Source: a virus
DNA length: 64,000 nt
Virus genome (UHGV): UHGV-0021788
Direction: 5' to 3' (one strand)
The notes under the pieces were generated by a model. That model ran no database searches. It saw only the letters and a program-made list of their open reading frames with translations, and was not told the origin of the DNA. Both the position numbers and the translations under genes were made by a program. This document shows positions 56,422 through 64,000 of this stretch, piece by piece (position 1 is the first letter of the stretch; every line of letters starts with the position of its first letter).

Positions 56422-58266
56422 TTATTTTTTCATACTCATATTATAAGTTGTTATAAGTTTTTCTACTTCATATCCTTCTAATGTTTCTTTTTCCATTAAT
56501 TCTTCAGCTATTGTTGATATTAATTCTTTATTTTCTTCTACTATTTGCATTGCTTTTCCATATGCTTCATCAACTATTTTTTTCATTTCTTCATGTATTT
56601 TTTCTTGCATAAATAAATTTCTTTCATCTATTTTCATTTTACCTAACTCACTCATACCATAATCACAAACCATACGTTGTGCTATTGCTGAAACACTTCC
56701 TAAATCTCCACTACATCCACTACTCTCATGTCCAAAGAATACCTTTTCACTTACTGCCCCTCCAAGAGATACTATCATACTATTTATTAGGTCTTCTTTT
56801 GTTCTTATAAATCTATCATCTTCTTCATGATATAAGCAGTAACCTAAAGCATCTGCATGTGGTATGATTGTACATTTACTTAATTTTTTATTATTTAATA
56901 TTTCTGACATCATTAAGTGTCCAACTTCATGATAAGCAGTTATTTTCTTTTCTCTATCTATCATGACTGTAGATTTTCTTTCTAGTCCAGCTATTTGTCT
57001 ATCTATTGCTCTTAATAACATATTTTGAGTTATTTCATCAGCATCTTCTCTTATTGCTATCATTGCACCTTCTGTTAATATAGCTTCCATATCAGCACTA
57101 GCCATACCATGCGTTTGACTAGCTATGATTTCTAAATCAACATCTTCTGCTAAAGGTCTATCCTCGGCATATAATTTTAATATTTCTAATCTTGTTTTTT
57201 TATCAGGGTTAGGTATGTATATATGTCTACTTAATCTACCTTGTCTTTTTAAAGCTGGGTCTAATATATCACTTCTATTTGTTGCACCTATTACTAATAT
57301 ATCCTCATTGTCAGGACTTGCTAATTCAACTAATAATTGATTTAATGTGGCATTATGCTCTTTATTATTTTCTTCTTCTCTTTTTCCACCAACTGCATCA
57401 ATTTCATCTATAAATATAACGGCAGGTCTATTATTTCTAGCTTTTTTAAATAGGTCTCTTACTCTTGATGCACCAACACCAACGTATTTTTCATTAAATT
57501 CAGAACCAGCCATTGAATAAAATACTGCATCTGTTTCTCCTGCTATGGCTCTAGCTAATAAAGATTTACCATTACCTGGTTCGCCTTCTAATAACACTCC
57601 TCTTGGAGGAGTAACTTTAAATTTCTTAAATTTCTCTTTATCATTAAAACCAGCTATTAGTTCCATAAGTTCAATTTTAACTTCTTCTAATCCAGCTACA
57701 TCTTTTAGAGTAGTATTAGATTTTTCACCACCATCGAAATTTTCAGTTTGTTTTTTTATTTTAGAATTAAATTTAGATGTGTCGAAAGTAAAAAGTCCCA
57801 TATCTATTTCTTCTTTTTCATCATCATCATCTGTTTCTTTAGGATTTCTTATTTCATCAAATAAATCTTCTATTTTTTTCATACTACCTTCTATTTCTTT
57901 TCTTTCTTTTTCAATTTTTCTTTCTTCATCTCTTATTGCTTGTTCTACTTGAAATATTAATATATCAACATAACTATCTGCAATATCTTCTGCTACTGAT
58001 AACGCTTTTTCATTAGGTTCTGCTATTTGAAATAATAATTCCCTAGCTTCAAATTTTGTTTCTATTGATTTAACATCTTTTATGCTTAAGCTATCTATGT
58101 CTACATCATCTTTTAATGTGTCTTTTAGAGTACATGGTGAACAAACTAAATAATAACCCCTTACACTAGGATAAAATAAAGCACTACCATAAGTAAAAAT
58201 TATATCCATAAAATAACTTTTTTGTTCTTCTCCATTTTTTCTTATTACAACCTTATTCCTTTTCAT
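56422..58266 (-). CDS. FtsH-like AAA+ ATPase fused to an M41 zinc metalloprotease, with no N-terminal transmembrane segments (a soluble FtsH homolog).
   Basis: Walker A GEPGNGKS. Walker B IFIDEIDAVG. SRH ATNRSDILDPALKRQGR. HEVGHLMM HExxH. Confidence 0.7.
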   Translation of the reverse strand: MKRNKVVIRKNGEEQKSYFMDIIFTYGSALFYPSVRGYYLVCSPCTLKDTLKDDVDIDSLSIKDVKSIETKFEARELLFQIAEPNEKALSVAEDIADSYVDILIFQVEQAIRDEERKIEKERKEIEGSMKKIEDLFDEIRNPKETDDDDEKEEIDMGLFTFDTSKFNSKIKKQTENFDGGEKSNTTLKDVAGLEEVKIELMELIAGFNDKEKFKKFKVTPPRGVLLEGEPGNGKSLLARAIAGETDAVFYSMAGSEFNEKYVGVGASRVRDLFKKARNNRPAVIFIDEIDAVGGKREEENNKEHNATLNQLLVELASPDNEDILVIGATNRSDILDPALKRQGRLSRHIYIPNPDKKTRLEILKLYAEDRPLAEDVDLEIIASQTHGMASADMEAILTEGAMIAIREDADEITQNMLLRAIDRQIAGLERKSTVMIDREKKITAYHEVGHLMMSEILNNKKLSKCTIIPHADALGYCLYHEEDDRFIRTKEDLINSMIVSLGGAVSEKVFFGHESSGCSGDLGSVSAIAQRMVCDYGMSELGKMKIDERNLFMQEKIHEEMKKIVDEAYGKAMQIVEENKELISTIAEELMEKETLEGYEVEKLITTYNMSMKK

Positions 58267-58305
58267 AAATATCTCTCCAATCTTTTTATAATTTATTTTA
58301 TATAT

Positions 58306-58334
58306 ATTATACTATAAAACTTATTAAAAGTCAA
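58306..58334 (-). promoter_or_regulatory. Family promoter upstream of the FtsH-like gene.
   Basis: The rc reads TTGACTTTTAATAAGTTTTATAGTATAATATATA. Confidence 0.7.
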
Positions 58335-58405
58335 ATAGTTTTCTGAAAATTTAATTTTATTTATTTTTTTGTATTTATAATCTATTAACACCATACTTTC
58401 GTATT

Positions 58406-58579
58406 CTATAAGTAATTATCAACAATAGTCATAATCAATGAAATACCAATTACAGCTAAAAATACCTTACCTATTAAAAAATGAAACAACCAATAAGACA
58501 TTCCTCCTATTAATACAAGACCTAAAGTAACTATAATCATTATAATAAAATATGAAACCCAATTTTTAAAAAAATTCAT
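58406..58579 (-). CDS. Small membrane protein (57 aa, 2 TM).
   Basis: MNFFKNWVSYFIIMIIVTLGLVLIGGMSYWLFHFLIGKVFLAVIGISLIMTIVDNYL. RBS GGGGGGTG. Confidence 0.45.
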   Translation of the reverse strand: MNFFKNWVSYFIIMIIVTLGLVLIGGMSYWLFHFLIGKVFLAVIGISLIMTIVDNYL

Positions 58580-58682
58580 ATTACACCCCCTTTTTTTTAT
58601 AATTTATCTAATTCCTCTTGTAATCTTTTTATTTGGTTTTCTATGTCTTTTATCTTTGCTTTTCTTTTTTCTTCTTCTTGGT

Positions 58683-59153
58683 CTACTTTTGTTTTATAAA
58701 ATTTATCTCTAAAGTCCCACAAATCTTTTGTTTTCCAGTGAACTTTTTATAACCTAAATCATATGCTTTCTCTATGCTAATAAATGGTGCATCCCAATCA
58801 CAATGTTCACCTGTGCATCCATATCTATAGTCATAACCTTTATCATTTTCAGTGCAACAACAATATCCTTCCATGATTTCTTTGTATCCAAAAACTAGTC
58901 TATATTGATAAAAAAAACTATCAATACTACTGTTATAGATATCTACAAAGAATATAAATTCTTCAAAAGGATTATCTGAAGTCATTGAACTAACATTATA
59001 CTTATAATTTTCCATATCATAAAATAAATTTGTGAAACAATCATCATTCTCATATTGTTCTACAACTGCTAAATAAAATGAAGGTTCTATGTTATTTCTC
59101 ACCAGATGTTTATGAATTTCTTTTTTAAATTTACTCTTAATTTCTTCATTCAT
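58683..59153 (-). CDS. Cys-rich hypothetical protein. A -1-frame coiled-coil extension (to 58596) is possible at a T_AAA_AAG site.
   Basis: ORF 156 aa. See the finding on recoding. Confidence 0.45.
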   Translation of the reverse strand: MNEEIKSKFKKEIHKHLVRNNIEPSFYLAVVEQYENDDCFTNLFYDMENYKYNVSSMTSDNPFEEFIFFVDIYNSSIDSFFYQYRLVFGYKEIMEGYCCCTENDKGYDYRYGCTGEHCDWDAPFISIEKAYDLGYKKFTGKQKICGTLEINFIKQK

Positions 59154-59173
59154 ATCAATCTCTCCTTTATCTT

Positions 59174-59202
59174 ATTTACTTATATTATACTATGCTTTTT
59201 AT
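59174..59202 (-). promoter_or_regulatory. Family promoter.
   Basis: The rc reads TTTACTTTTAATAAAAAGCATAGTATAATATAAGTAAATAAG. Confidence 0.6.
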
Positions 59203-59269
59203 TAAAAGTAAATAAATAAAATAAACTTTTTACTTATTTTCAACAATTTTATAAAAAGTAAAATAATAA

Positions 59270-59292
59270 AATTCCCCTCTTGTAGGGGAATT
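59270..59292 (-). terminator. Rho-independent terminator after the small-peptide operon.
   Basis: 9-bp stem AATTCCCCT/AGGGGAATT plus a T-rich tract. Confidence 0.65.
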
Positions 59293-59314
59293 TGCTACTG
59301 TTTATCTTCTCTTT

Positions 59315-59443
59315 TTAACAAATAAATAATAAAAGAAATCCTACTAACAACATTACTACGCCAAGAATCATTTCACCAACCATTAAACCTATTATTCCTA
59401 TAACTATGTTGCATGTACCTACAGCAATACGAAACTTATCCAC
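59315..59443 (-). CDS. Tiny hydrophobic peptide a (42 aa, GTG start), paralog of b and c.
   Basis: DKFRIAVGTCNIVIGIIGLMVGEMILGVVMLLVGFLLLFIC. RBS GGGAG. Confidence 0.45.
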   Translation of the reverse strand: MDKFRIAVGTCNIVIGIIGLMVGEMILGVVMLLVGFLLLFIC

Positions 59444-59447
59444 TTTA

Positions 59448-59582
59448 TCACTCCCATTTAACAAACACTAAATAAAATCCTGTTAATAACATCGCAATAC
59501 CCATCATTATTTCACTATTCATCAAATCTATTATTCCTGCAAGTATGTCACATACACCTACAACTCTACAAACCTTATTCAT
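59448..59582 (-). CDS. Tiny hydrophobic peptide b (44 aa).
   Basis: MNKVCRVVGVCDILAGIIDLMNSEIMMGIAMLLTGFYLVFVKWE. RBS AGGAG. Confidence 0.45.
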   Translation of the reverse strand: MNKVCRVVGVCDILAGIIDLMNSEIMMGIAMLLTGFYLVFVKWE

Positions 59583-59593
59583 TTTATACTCTC

Positions 59594-59710
59594 CTAATTA
59601 ATAAATAATAAAAGAAATACTGCTAAAAACATTGTAATAGCTAAACCTATTTTACCACACATCAAATCTATCACCCCTAGAATAACACAAGCCATAATCA
59701 TAAAAAACAT
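59594..59710 (-). CDS. Tiny hydrophobic peptide c (38 aa).
   Basis: MFFMIMACVILGVIDLMCGKIGLAITMFLAVFLLLFIN. RBS AAAGGAGG. Confidence 0.45.
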   Translation of the reverse strand: MFFMIMACVILGVIDLMCGKIGLAITMFLAVFLLLFIN

Positions 59711-59728
59711 ATTCACTATTCCTCCTTT

Positions 59729-59875
59729 TTACATTCCAAACAAATGCCAAATAAATTCAATTACTGGTATTATAACACCATCACAAAACTTATCCATTAT
59801 AGCTATAAATGCAGTAATAAGACCAGCTATTATCGTAGGGATAATAGTTAATAAGGCTATAATTTCAGTAATCAT
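59729..59875 (-). CDS. Tiny hydrophobic peptide d (48 aa).
   Basis: MITEIIALLTIIPTIIAGLITAFIAIMDKFCDGVIIPVIEFIWHLFGM. RBS AGGAG. Confidence 0.45.
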   Translation of the reverse strand: MITEIIALLTIIPTIIAGLITAFIAIMDKFCDGVIIPVIEFIWHLFGM

Positions 59876-59918
59876 AATTAATCATCTCCTTACATTTATA
59901 ATATGCCTAAATAAAATA

Positions 59919-60716
59919 CTATTGATTTTTATATTCTCTTTCAACTAACCACAATAAGCAATAATTTGCTAAGTCCAATATAGTATCATCAATCTTTTTC
60001 ACTCTTTGTTCAGGTATATTTGGGTTACACAATGTTAATAATTTATTATATTCGTCAGTGATTCTTACTAAGAATGACACACAACCAAATTTTTCATAAG
60101 TATCTGCAAAACTATTCCCATAATCGTTATTTTTAGCTTTATATGTTTCTTCTAAATTATTTAATAAATATTGGTATATATCTAATCTATCCATTTTAGA
60201 TGTTGTAGCAGGCTCTAAATCATCTTCCATTATAACAGGTTCTACCATATCTTTATTCCATGCAAAAGGATTATCCTTACCAGCTAAATATAAATCACCG
60301 TCCTCATCTATACTTTCTATAGTGTCAGTTGTTCCCCTAAATTTAAGCATATGTTCATTAACGTCACAATGTCCATATTTCTCACCCTTTTTCAAGTCAT
60401 CCCTTATTTCAACAACATCGCCTATTTTATATTCCACACTATTTTTCTCCTTTATTTCTTCTACATGAATAAGTTCTTTTAAATCATCTTTTAATTCAAC
60501 AAGTTCTAGCATGTCTTTATGCCATGAATAATAATTTGTATCTTTAGGGTTAGCTATAGATTTTAAGCTATAATCTCCATCAAAATCTATATCAACTATA
60601 ACATACATTTTTCCTCTATATTCTAACATACCTTCTAAAACTTCACAATTCCCATACTTTTCTCCCACTTGTAAGCCATCTCTTACTTTTACAATATCAC
60701 CTATTTCATATTTCAA
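59919..60716 (-). CDS. Hypothetical protein with an internal ~85-aa tandem duplication and a distinct C-terminal domain.
   Basis: Repeats Y(E/K)IGD(I/V)V(K/E)(V/I)RD.L..GEKYG.C.V.E.ML..RG ... W.KDM(L/V)E x2. Confidence 0.4.
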   Translation of the reverse strand: MKYEIGDIVKVRDGLQVGEKYGNCEVLEGMLEYRGKMYVIVDIDFDGDYSLKSIANPKDTNYYSWHKDMLELVELKDDLKELIHVEEIKEKNSVEYKIGDVVEIRDDLKKGEKYGHCDVNEHMLKFRGTTDTIESIDEDGDLYLAGKDNPFAWNKDMVEPVIMEDDLEPATTSKMDRLDIYQYLLNNLEETYKAKNNDYGNSFADTYEKFGCVSFLVRITDEYNKLLTLCNPNIPEQRVKKIDDTILDLANYCLLWLVEREYKNQ

Positions 60717-60748
60717 GTTAATCTCTCCTTTATCTTATTTATTTATAT

Positions 60749-60777
60749 TATACTACACTTTTTATAAAAAGTAAAGA
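60749..60777 (-). promoter_or_regulatory. Family promoter for 59919..60716 and the peptide operon.
   Basis: The rc reads TTTACTTTTTATAAAAAGTGTAGTATAATATAAATAAATAAG. Confidence 0.6.
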
Positions 60778-60802
60778 GATAAAATAAAATTTATCTCTTT
60801 AT
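60775..60802 (-). terminator. Hairpin terminator after the helicase gene.
   Basis: 11-bp stem AAAGAGATAAA/TTTATCTCTTT. Confidence 0.6.
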
Positions 60803-62373
60803 TGCATTAACATTCCTGTACTCACTTTTCCAGCATATCCATATTCTGTTAATCTTCCGAAACTATCCATTTGATACAATAATACAAAATCTGTTCTTCC
60901 ACTACGATTCTTATCACAAAATAACATTATATAATTTTTACTTTTATCTAAATAACCTTTCTTGTATTCATTTTGTTTATCTGTACCACCATTTTGACTA
61001 TTGATTATTTTAAATTTCTTTTGTTTAAATGTTTTTTCAAATTTATTATATTCATAATAAAATGGGTCAATGAAGGCTTTGTTTTCAGGGTCTAATTCCC
61101 AAGGTCTAACCCTTCTTGCTAATAAAACACTATGAGCAACATCTAATACTTGTTTAGCAAAAGCAAGTTGAGAACCAGTTAGATATGAAACTTTATCAGT
61201 ACTTTTTAATAGTTGCATTGTCATAACTACTCCATATCCATTTTTTCTTCCCCATTTATCAAGTATTTTAGAATTATTAACCATTTCTATCATTGCACTA
61301 TCCATATCATCACTCTTAAAAGTATCAACCATTAAGTAATTATATCCTTCTGTCATTCCTAATTTATTAAAAACTTTAGTTATTTTTTCAAAATTAAATT
61401 CTTCAACACAAACAAATGTCATTTTACCTTCAAATTTTTCTTTTATAAAATCATTAGCTTTTTCAAATATTTTATATTCTTCATCTGTCAAATCTGCTTC
61501 AATTAACTTTTGTCTTGTAATAGTTTTACAATGAAATACGTTACTACATACATAACTAACCATAAGTCTTTTTAAATATATTGATTCAAATTCATTTGAC
61601 ACATACATAACTTTATTTCCACTTTCGACTAATGCCATAGCTACATTGCATAACATAGTAGATTTACCAACTCCTGTTGTTGATGCTATTACATGAATAC
61701 CTAATCCTCTTGATAAACCTACCAATTCTTTATCTAAATATTTAAATGATTGTATATATCTATCTTCATTTTCTTCGGTCTTCCATGTCATTGCTATATC
61801 GAAATGGGAAGTATCACTAATTTCTTTTTCTCTTACTTTTCTTTTTTCTTCATCTGTAAAATGTAAACTTTGTAATTTAAATTCTTGAAATTCAACATCT
61901 ACTCCAACATCTAATATAATTGACTGCATAAGGCTACTAAATTGAGTACAATTTAAATATGGTGCTTCCTCTATTGGTATTATATTCCTTCCACTTATTT
62001 CATATTTTCTTTCCAAATTAATACCTAAATCAATATATCTTTCTATTAATATCATTTTTTTCAAACTATCAATATATGATTCTATATTCTCTACATTAGC
62101 TTTTAAGTTTAATAAGTTTTCTATTCTTTCATATCCACCATAATTATTAAAAACTTCAATTAATCCATTACTTCCAACAAATCCACTAACAGATAATTCA
62201 TCAATTTCTTTTACCTTTTTAGCTAACTCATAAGCTAATGAAAAGAAAAATCTTGTATCATTTAAAGAAAAATATTCTGACCTTAATTCATATTCACTTG
62301 TTAATGTTAAATCTTGGTATATACAAGATAGTATAGCACATTCAGTATCTAATCTTTCTTTTGAAATTTTCAT
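60799..62373 (-). CDS. DnaB-like (RecA-fold) replicative helicase.
   Basis: Walker A ASTTGVGKST. C-terminal RecA-like core. Adjacent to the primase. Confidence 0.55.
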   Translation of the reverse strand: MKISKERLDTECAILSCIYQDLTLTSEYELRSEYFSLNDTRFFFSLAYELAKKVKEIDELSVSGFVGSNGLIEVFNNYGGYERIENLLNLKANVENIESYIDSLKKMILIERYIDLGINLERKYEISGRNIIPIEEAPYLNCTQFSSLMQSIILDVGVDVEFQEFKLQSLHFTDEEKRKVREKEISDTSHFDIAMTWKTEENEDRYIQSFKYLDKELVGLSRGLGIHVIASTTGVGKSTMLCNVAMALVESGNKVMYVSNEFESIYLKRLMVSYVCSNVFHCKTITRQKLIEADLTDEEYKIFEKANDFIKEKFEGKMTFVCVEEFNFEKITKVFNKLGMTEGYNYLMVDTFKSDDMDSAMIEMVNNSKILDKWGRKNGYGVVMTMQLLKSTDKVSYLTGSQLAFAKQVLDVAHSVLLARRVRPWELDPENKAFIDPFYYEYNKFEKTFKQKKFKIINSQNGGTDKQNEYKKGYLDKSKNYIMLFCDKNRSGRTDFVLLYQMDSFGRLTEYGYAGKVSTGMLMQ

Positions 62374-62375
62374 AA

Positions 62376-62936
62376 TTATTTATCCCCTTTCTTTTTACTA
62401 TCTATTATTTTAAATATATTATTTGAATTTTTATCCGCATTCCTTCTTTGTCTTTCTAATCTTTCAAATATATCGCTATCATCTTCATATTTTAAATTTA
62501 TAATTATATCATCATTAGTATTTATTTCAGTTGTGCCAAAATTTGCCGTATCATCTTTGATTTTGTTTCTAATACAAGCAAATATATAACTTATTTTTCC
62601 ATATTCATCTTGTATATTTTTCATTTCTAAATATCTTTTAATTTCTTCTTTATTATTTTCTATACAATTATATATTTGTTCTCTTGTATATTCTTTTTCC
62701 AATTCCTTTAATTCATTAACCTTCACTTTAGATACAGATGTATAACCTAATATATCATCTATACTAATAAGAAGTTTTTTCCATAGACTTTTTAAATATT
62801 TATCTCTTTCAAATTCTTCTTTAGAACAATAATATGAATTTGTTTTTTTCTTTGTTTCTTCATTAATTTTTGTTACAACATATGCTTCATTTTTTTCTAT
62901 TTTATTTTTACAAATCTTACAAGTTACTTTAGCCAC
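62376..62936 (-). CDS. Hypothetical protein with an N-terminal zinc ribbon.
   Basis: CKICKNKI...YYCSKEEF. Confidence 0.4.
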   Translation of the reverse strand: MAKVTCKICKNKIEKNEAYVVTKINEETKKKTNSYYCSKEEFERDKYLKSLWKKLLISIDDILGYTSVSKVKVNELKELEKEYTREQIYNCIENNKEEIKRYLEMKNIQDEYGKISYIFACIRNKIKDDTANFGTTEINTNDDIIINLKYEDDSDIFERLERQRRNADKNSNNIFKIIDSKKKGDK

Positions 62937-62981
62937 ATTCTCACCCCCTCTTTATAAGTCTAAAATTCATTTCTTATTTAT

Positions 62982-63010
62982 ATTATACTATGTTTTTTAT
63001 AAAAAGTAAA
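62982..63010 (-). promoter_or_regulatory. Family promoter.
   Basis: The rc reads TTTACTTTTTATAAAAAACATAGTATAATATAAATAAG. Confidence 0.6.
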
Positions 63011-63012
63011 TA

Positions 63013-63040
63013 AAAACGACTGAAAAAATCAGTCGCTTTT
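63013..63040 (-). terminator. Hairpin terminator after 63048..63233.
   Basis: Stem CGACTGA/TCAGTCG plus T-runs. Confidence 0.6.
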
Positions 63041-63047
63041 ATATTAA

Positions 63048-63233
63048 TTATAAATTTTCTTTTTTTACAGTCACAACTTCCCCATCTTCAGTTTCCACTA
63101 TATAATAAATTAATTTTTCTTTATTATAATACTCAGCTAATATTTTATAATTATTCATTATTATCTTCCCCTCTTTCTCATTGTTATGGGTAATATTTAG
63201 AATCAAGTATTCTACAAGTTCTATTCTTTTCAT
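63048..63233 (-). CDS. Hypothetical small protein.
   Basis: ORF 61 aa. Confidence 0.35.
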   Translation of the reverse strand: MKRIELVEYLILNITHNNEKEGKIIMNNYKILAEYYNKEKLIYYIVETEDGEVVTVKKENL

Positions 63234-63392
63234 CTACTTCTGTAGCAGGTTTCAATGCTTGTTACAAGCTTCCCTATTCAACGTGTTCTCTTTCGTTTTA
63301 AACTACTTGAGTTTTTTACAACACTCCAAGGGCGTAAATTCGGACTTGAACGTTCCTACATATTAATTTGTTTTTATTTCTTATTTACTTAA

Positions 63393-63421
63393 ATTATACT
63401 ATTACTCCTATTAAAAGTCAA
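63393..63421 (-). promoter_or_regulatory. Family promoter (TTGACT / TATAAT).
   Basis: The rc reads TTGACTTTTAATAGGAGTAATAGTATAATTTAAGTAAATAAG. Confidence 0.7.
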
Positions 63422-63511
63422 TAACATTTTATAACTTATCTTTAACCGTCAATGTCCCTTTAACTAATTTTTTATAAATTTTCACAATATCATCTCCTAA
63501 TAATTATTTTA

Positions 63512-63901
63512 CTATTCATTATAATTACTTACATCTATTATCTCACCACATTTTGGACATCTTAATTCAACAATAGTTATCACATTAGTTGGTGTAACTG
63601 TATATGTGAAACTTCTATGTCCTGTTTCACATTTTTTATAATGTTCACGTTGAAATTCTTCTGCTCTTTCCCTTTGTGTATCGCTTAATACAACTAGACT
63701 ATTTCTTTTATAAAAATCTAACTCTTCTTTTAGTCTTTTTACTTCTTCATCTTTAAATTTTTCATCTTTAACCTCCAAATATGCTTGTCTATAATCTTCT
63801 TTATCCTCTTGTAGTATGTCTATTTGGGTTTCTAATTCTTTTAATGTTTCCTTTATATCTTTCCCTCTAAGAACCGCTTTTTCCCAATCCATATTATTCA
63901 C
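63512..63901 (-). CDS. Hypothetical protein with a C-terminal zinc ribbon.
   Basis: CETGHRS...CPKCGEIIDV. Confidence 0.4.
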   Translation of the reverse strand: MNNMDWEKAVLRGKDIKETLKELETQIDILQEDKEDYRQAYLEVKDEKFKDEEVKRLKEELDFYKRNSLVVLSDTQRERAEEFQREHYKKCETGHRSFTYTVTPTNVITIVELRCPKCGEIIDVSNYNE

Positions 63902-64000
63902 TCTCCTTTATTTTCTCTACATGAATAGATTGCAACAGGTTCTAGCATTTCTTCATTCCACACATAAGGATTATTATTATTTGCCAAATGGTAATTTCCA

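Noticed and set aside
63181-63366. 61-aa + strand ORF.
   Set aside because: It overlaps the start of a - strand gene and the GC-rich structured region. No RBS.

Overview
This is an AT-rich window (~30% GC) with Firmicute-type ribosome-binding sites (AGGNGGTGA) and strong sigma-A-like promoters. It looks like part of a large virulent phage or prophage of a low-GC Gram-positive host. Two convergent modules meet at a bidirectional terminator (~22243-22280). The + strand (1-22237) carries late/structural genes: tail fibres and receptor-binding proteins (Ig-like and LamG domains; BspA-type leucine-rich repeats), an S8 protease, a fibre-associated esterase, an amidase_2-SH3b-SPOR endolysin and a holin. 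The - strand (22297-end) carries early genes. Nucleotide metabolism: ThyX, dCMP deaminase, dUTPase, a guanylate-kinase-like kinase, a class II ribonucleotide reductase, a uracil permease and an unknown FAD-dependent protein. Replication/recombination: DnaE-type Pol III alpha, a primase, a DnaB-like helicase, a RecJ-like exonuclease and a RuvC-like resolvase. RNA repair: a P-loop kinase-HD fusion plus an Rnl1-type RNA ligase. Also: a soluble FtsH-like protease, a ClpP-like protease, a PepE-like peptidase, a DNA methyltransferase, a YpsA-like SLOG protein and many small ORFs. The outstanding feature is the density of self-splicing and selfish elements. A metallophosphatase gene appears split by two homologous group I introns, each carrying a homing endonuclease gene (HEG) of the zinc-ribbon plus Vsr-like type. 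A GIY-YIG HEG sits in a tandem array of three group-I ribozyme cores between two fibre/adhesin ORFs. dnaE is split by a homologous HEG-less group I intron and also carries a 431-aa LAGLIDADG intein. At least five more free-standing HEG-like genes occur in two families, with shuffled DNA-binding modules. One ~45-nt promoter consensus (TTGACTTTTAATAAG-N8-TATAATATAAGTAAATAG) recurs about 22 times, often fused to an upstream terminator hairpin. Three genes look frameshifted: an MBL/beta-CASP nuclease, the primase and a fibre gene start. One gene has a candidate -1 slippery site. There is a tandem family of four tiny membrane peptides.
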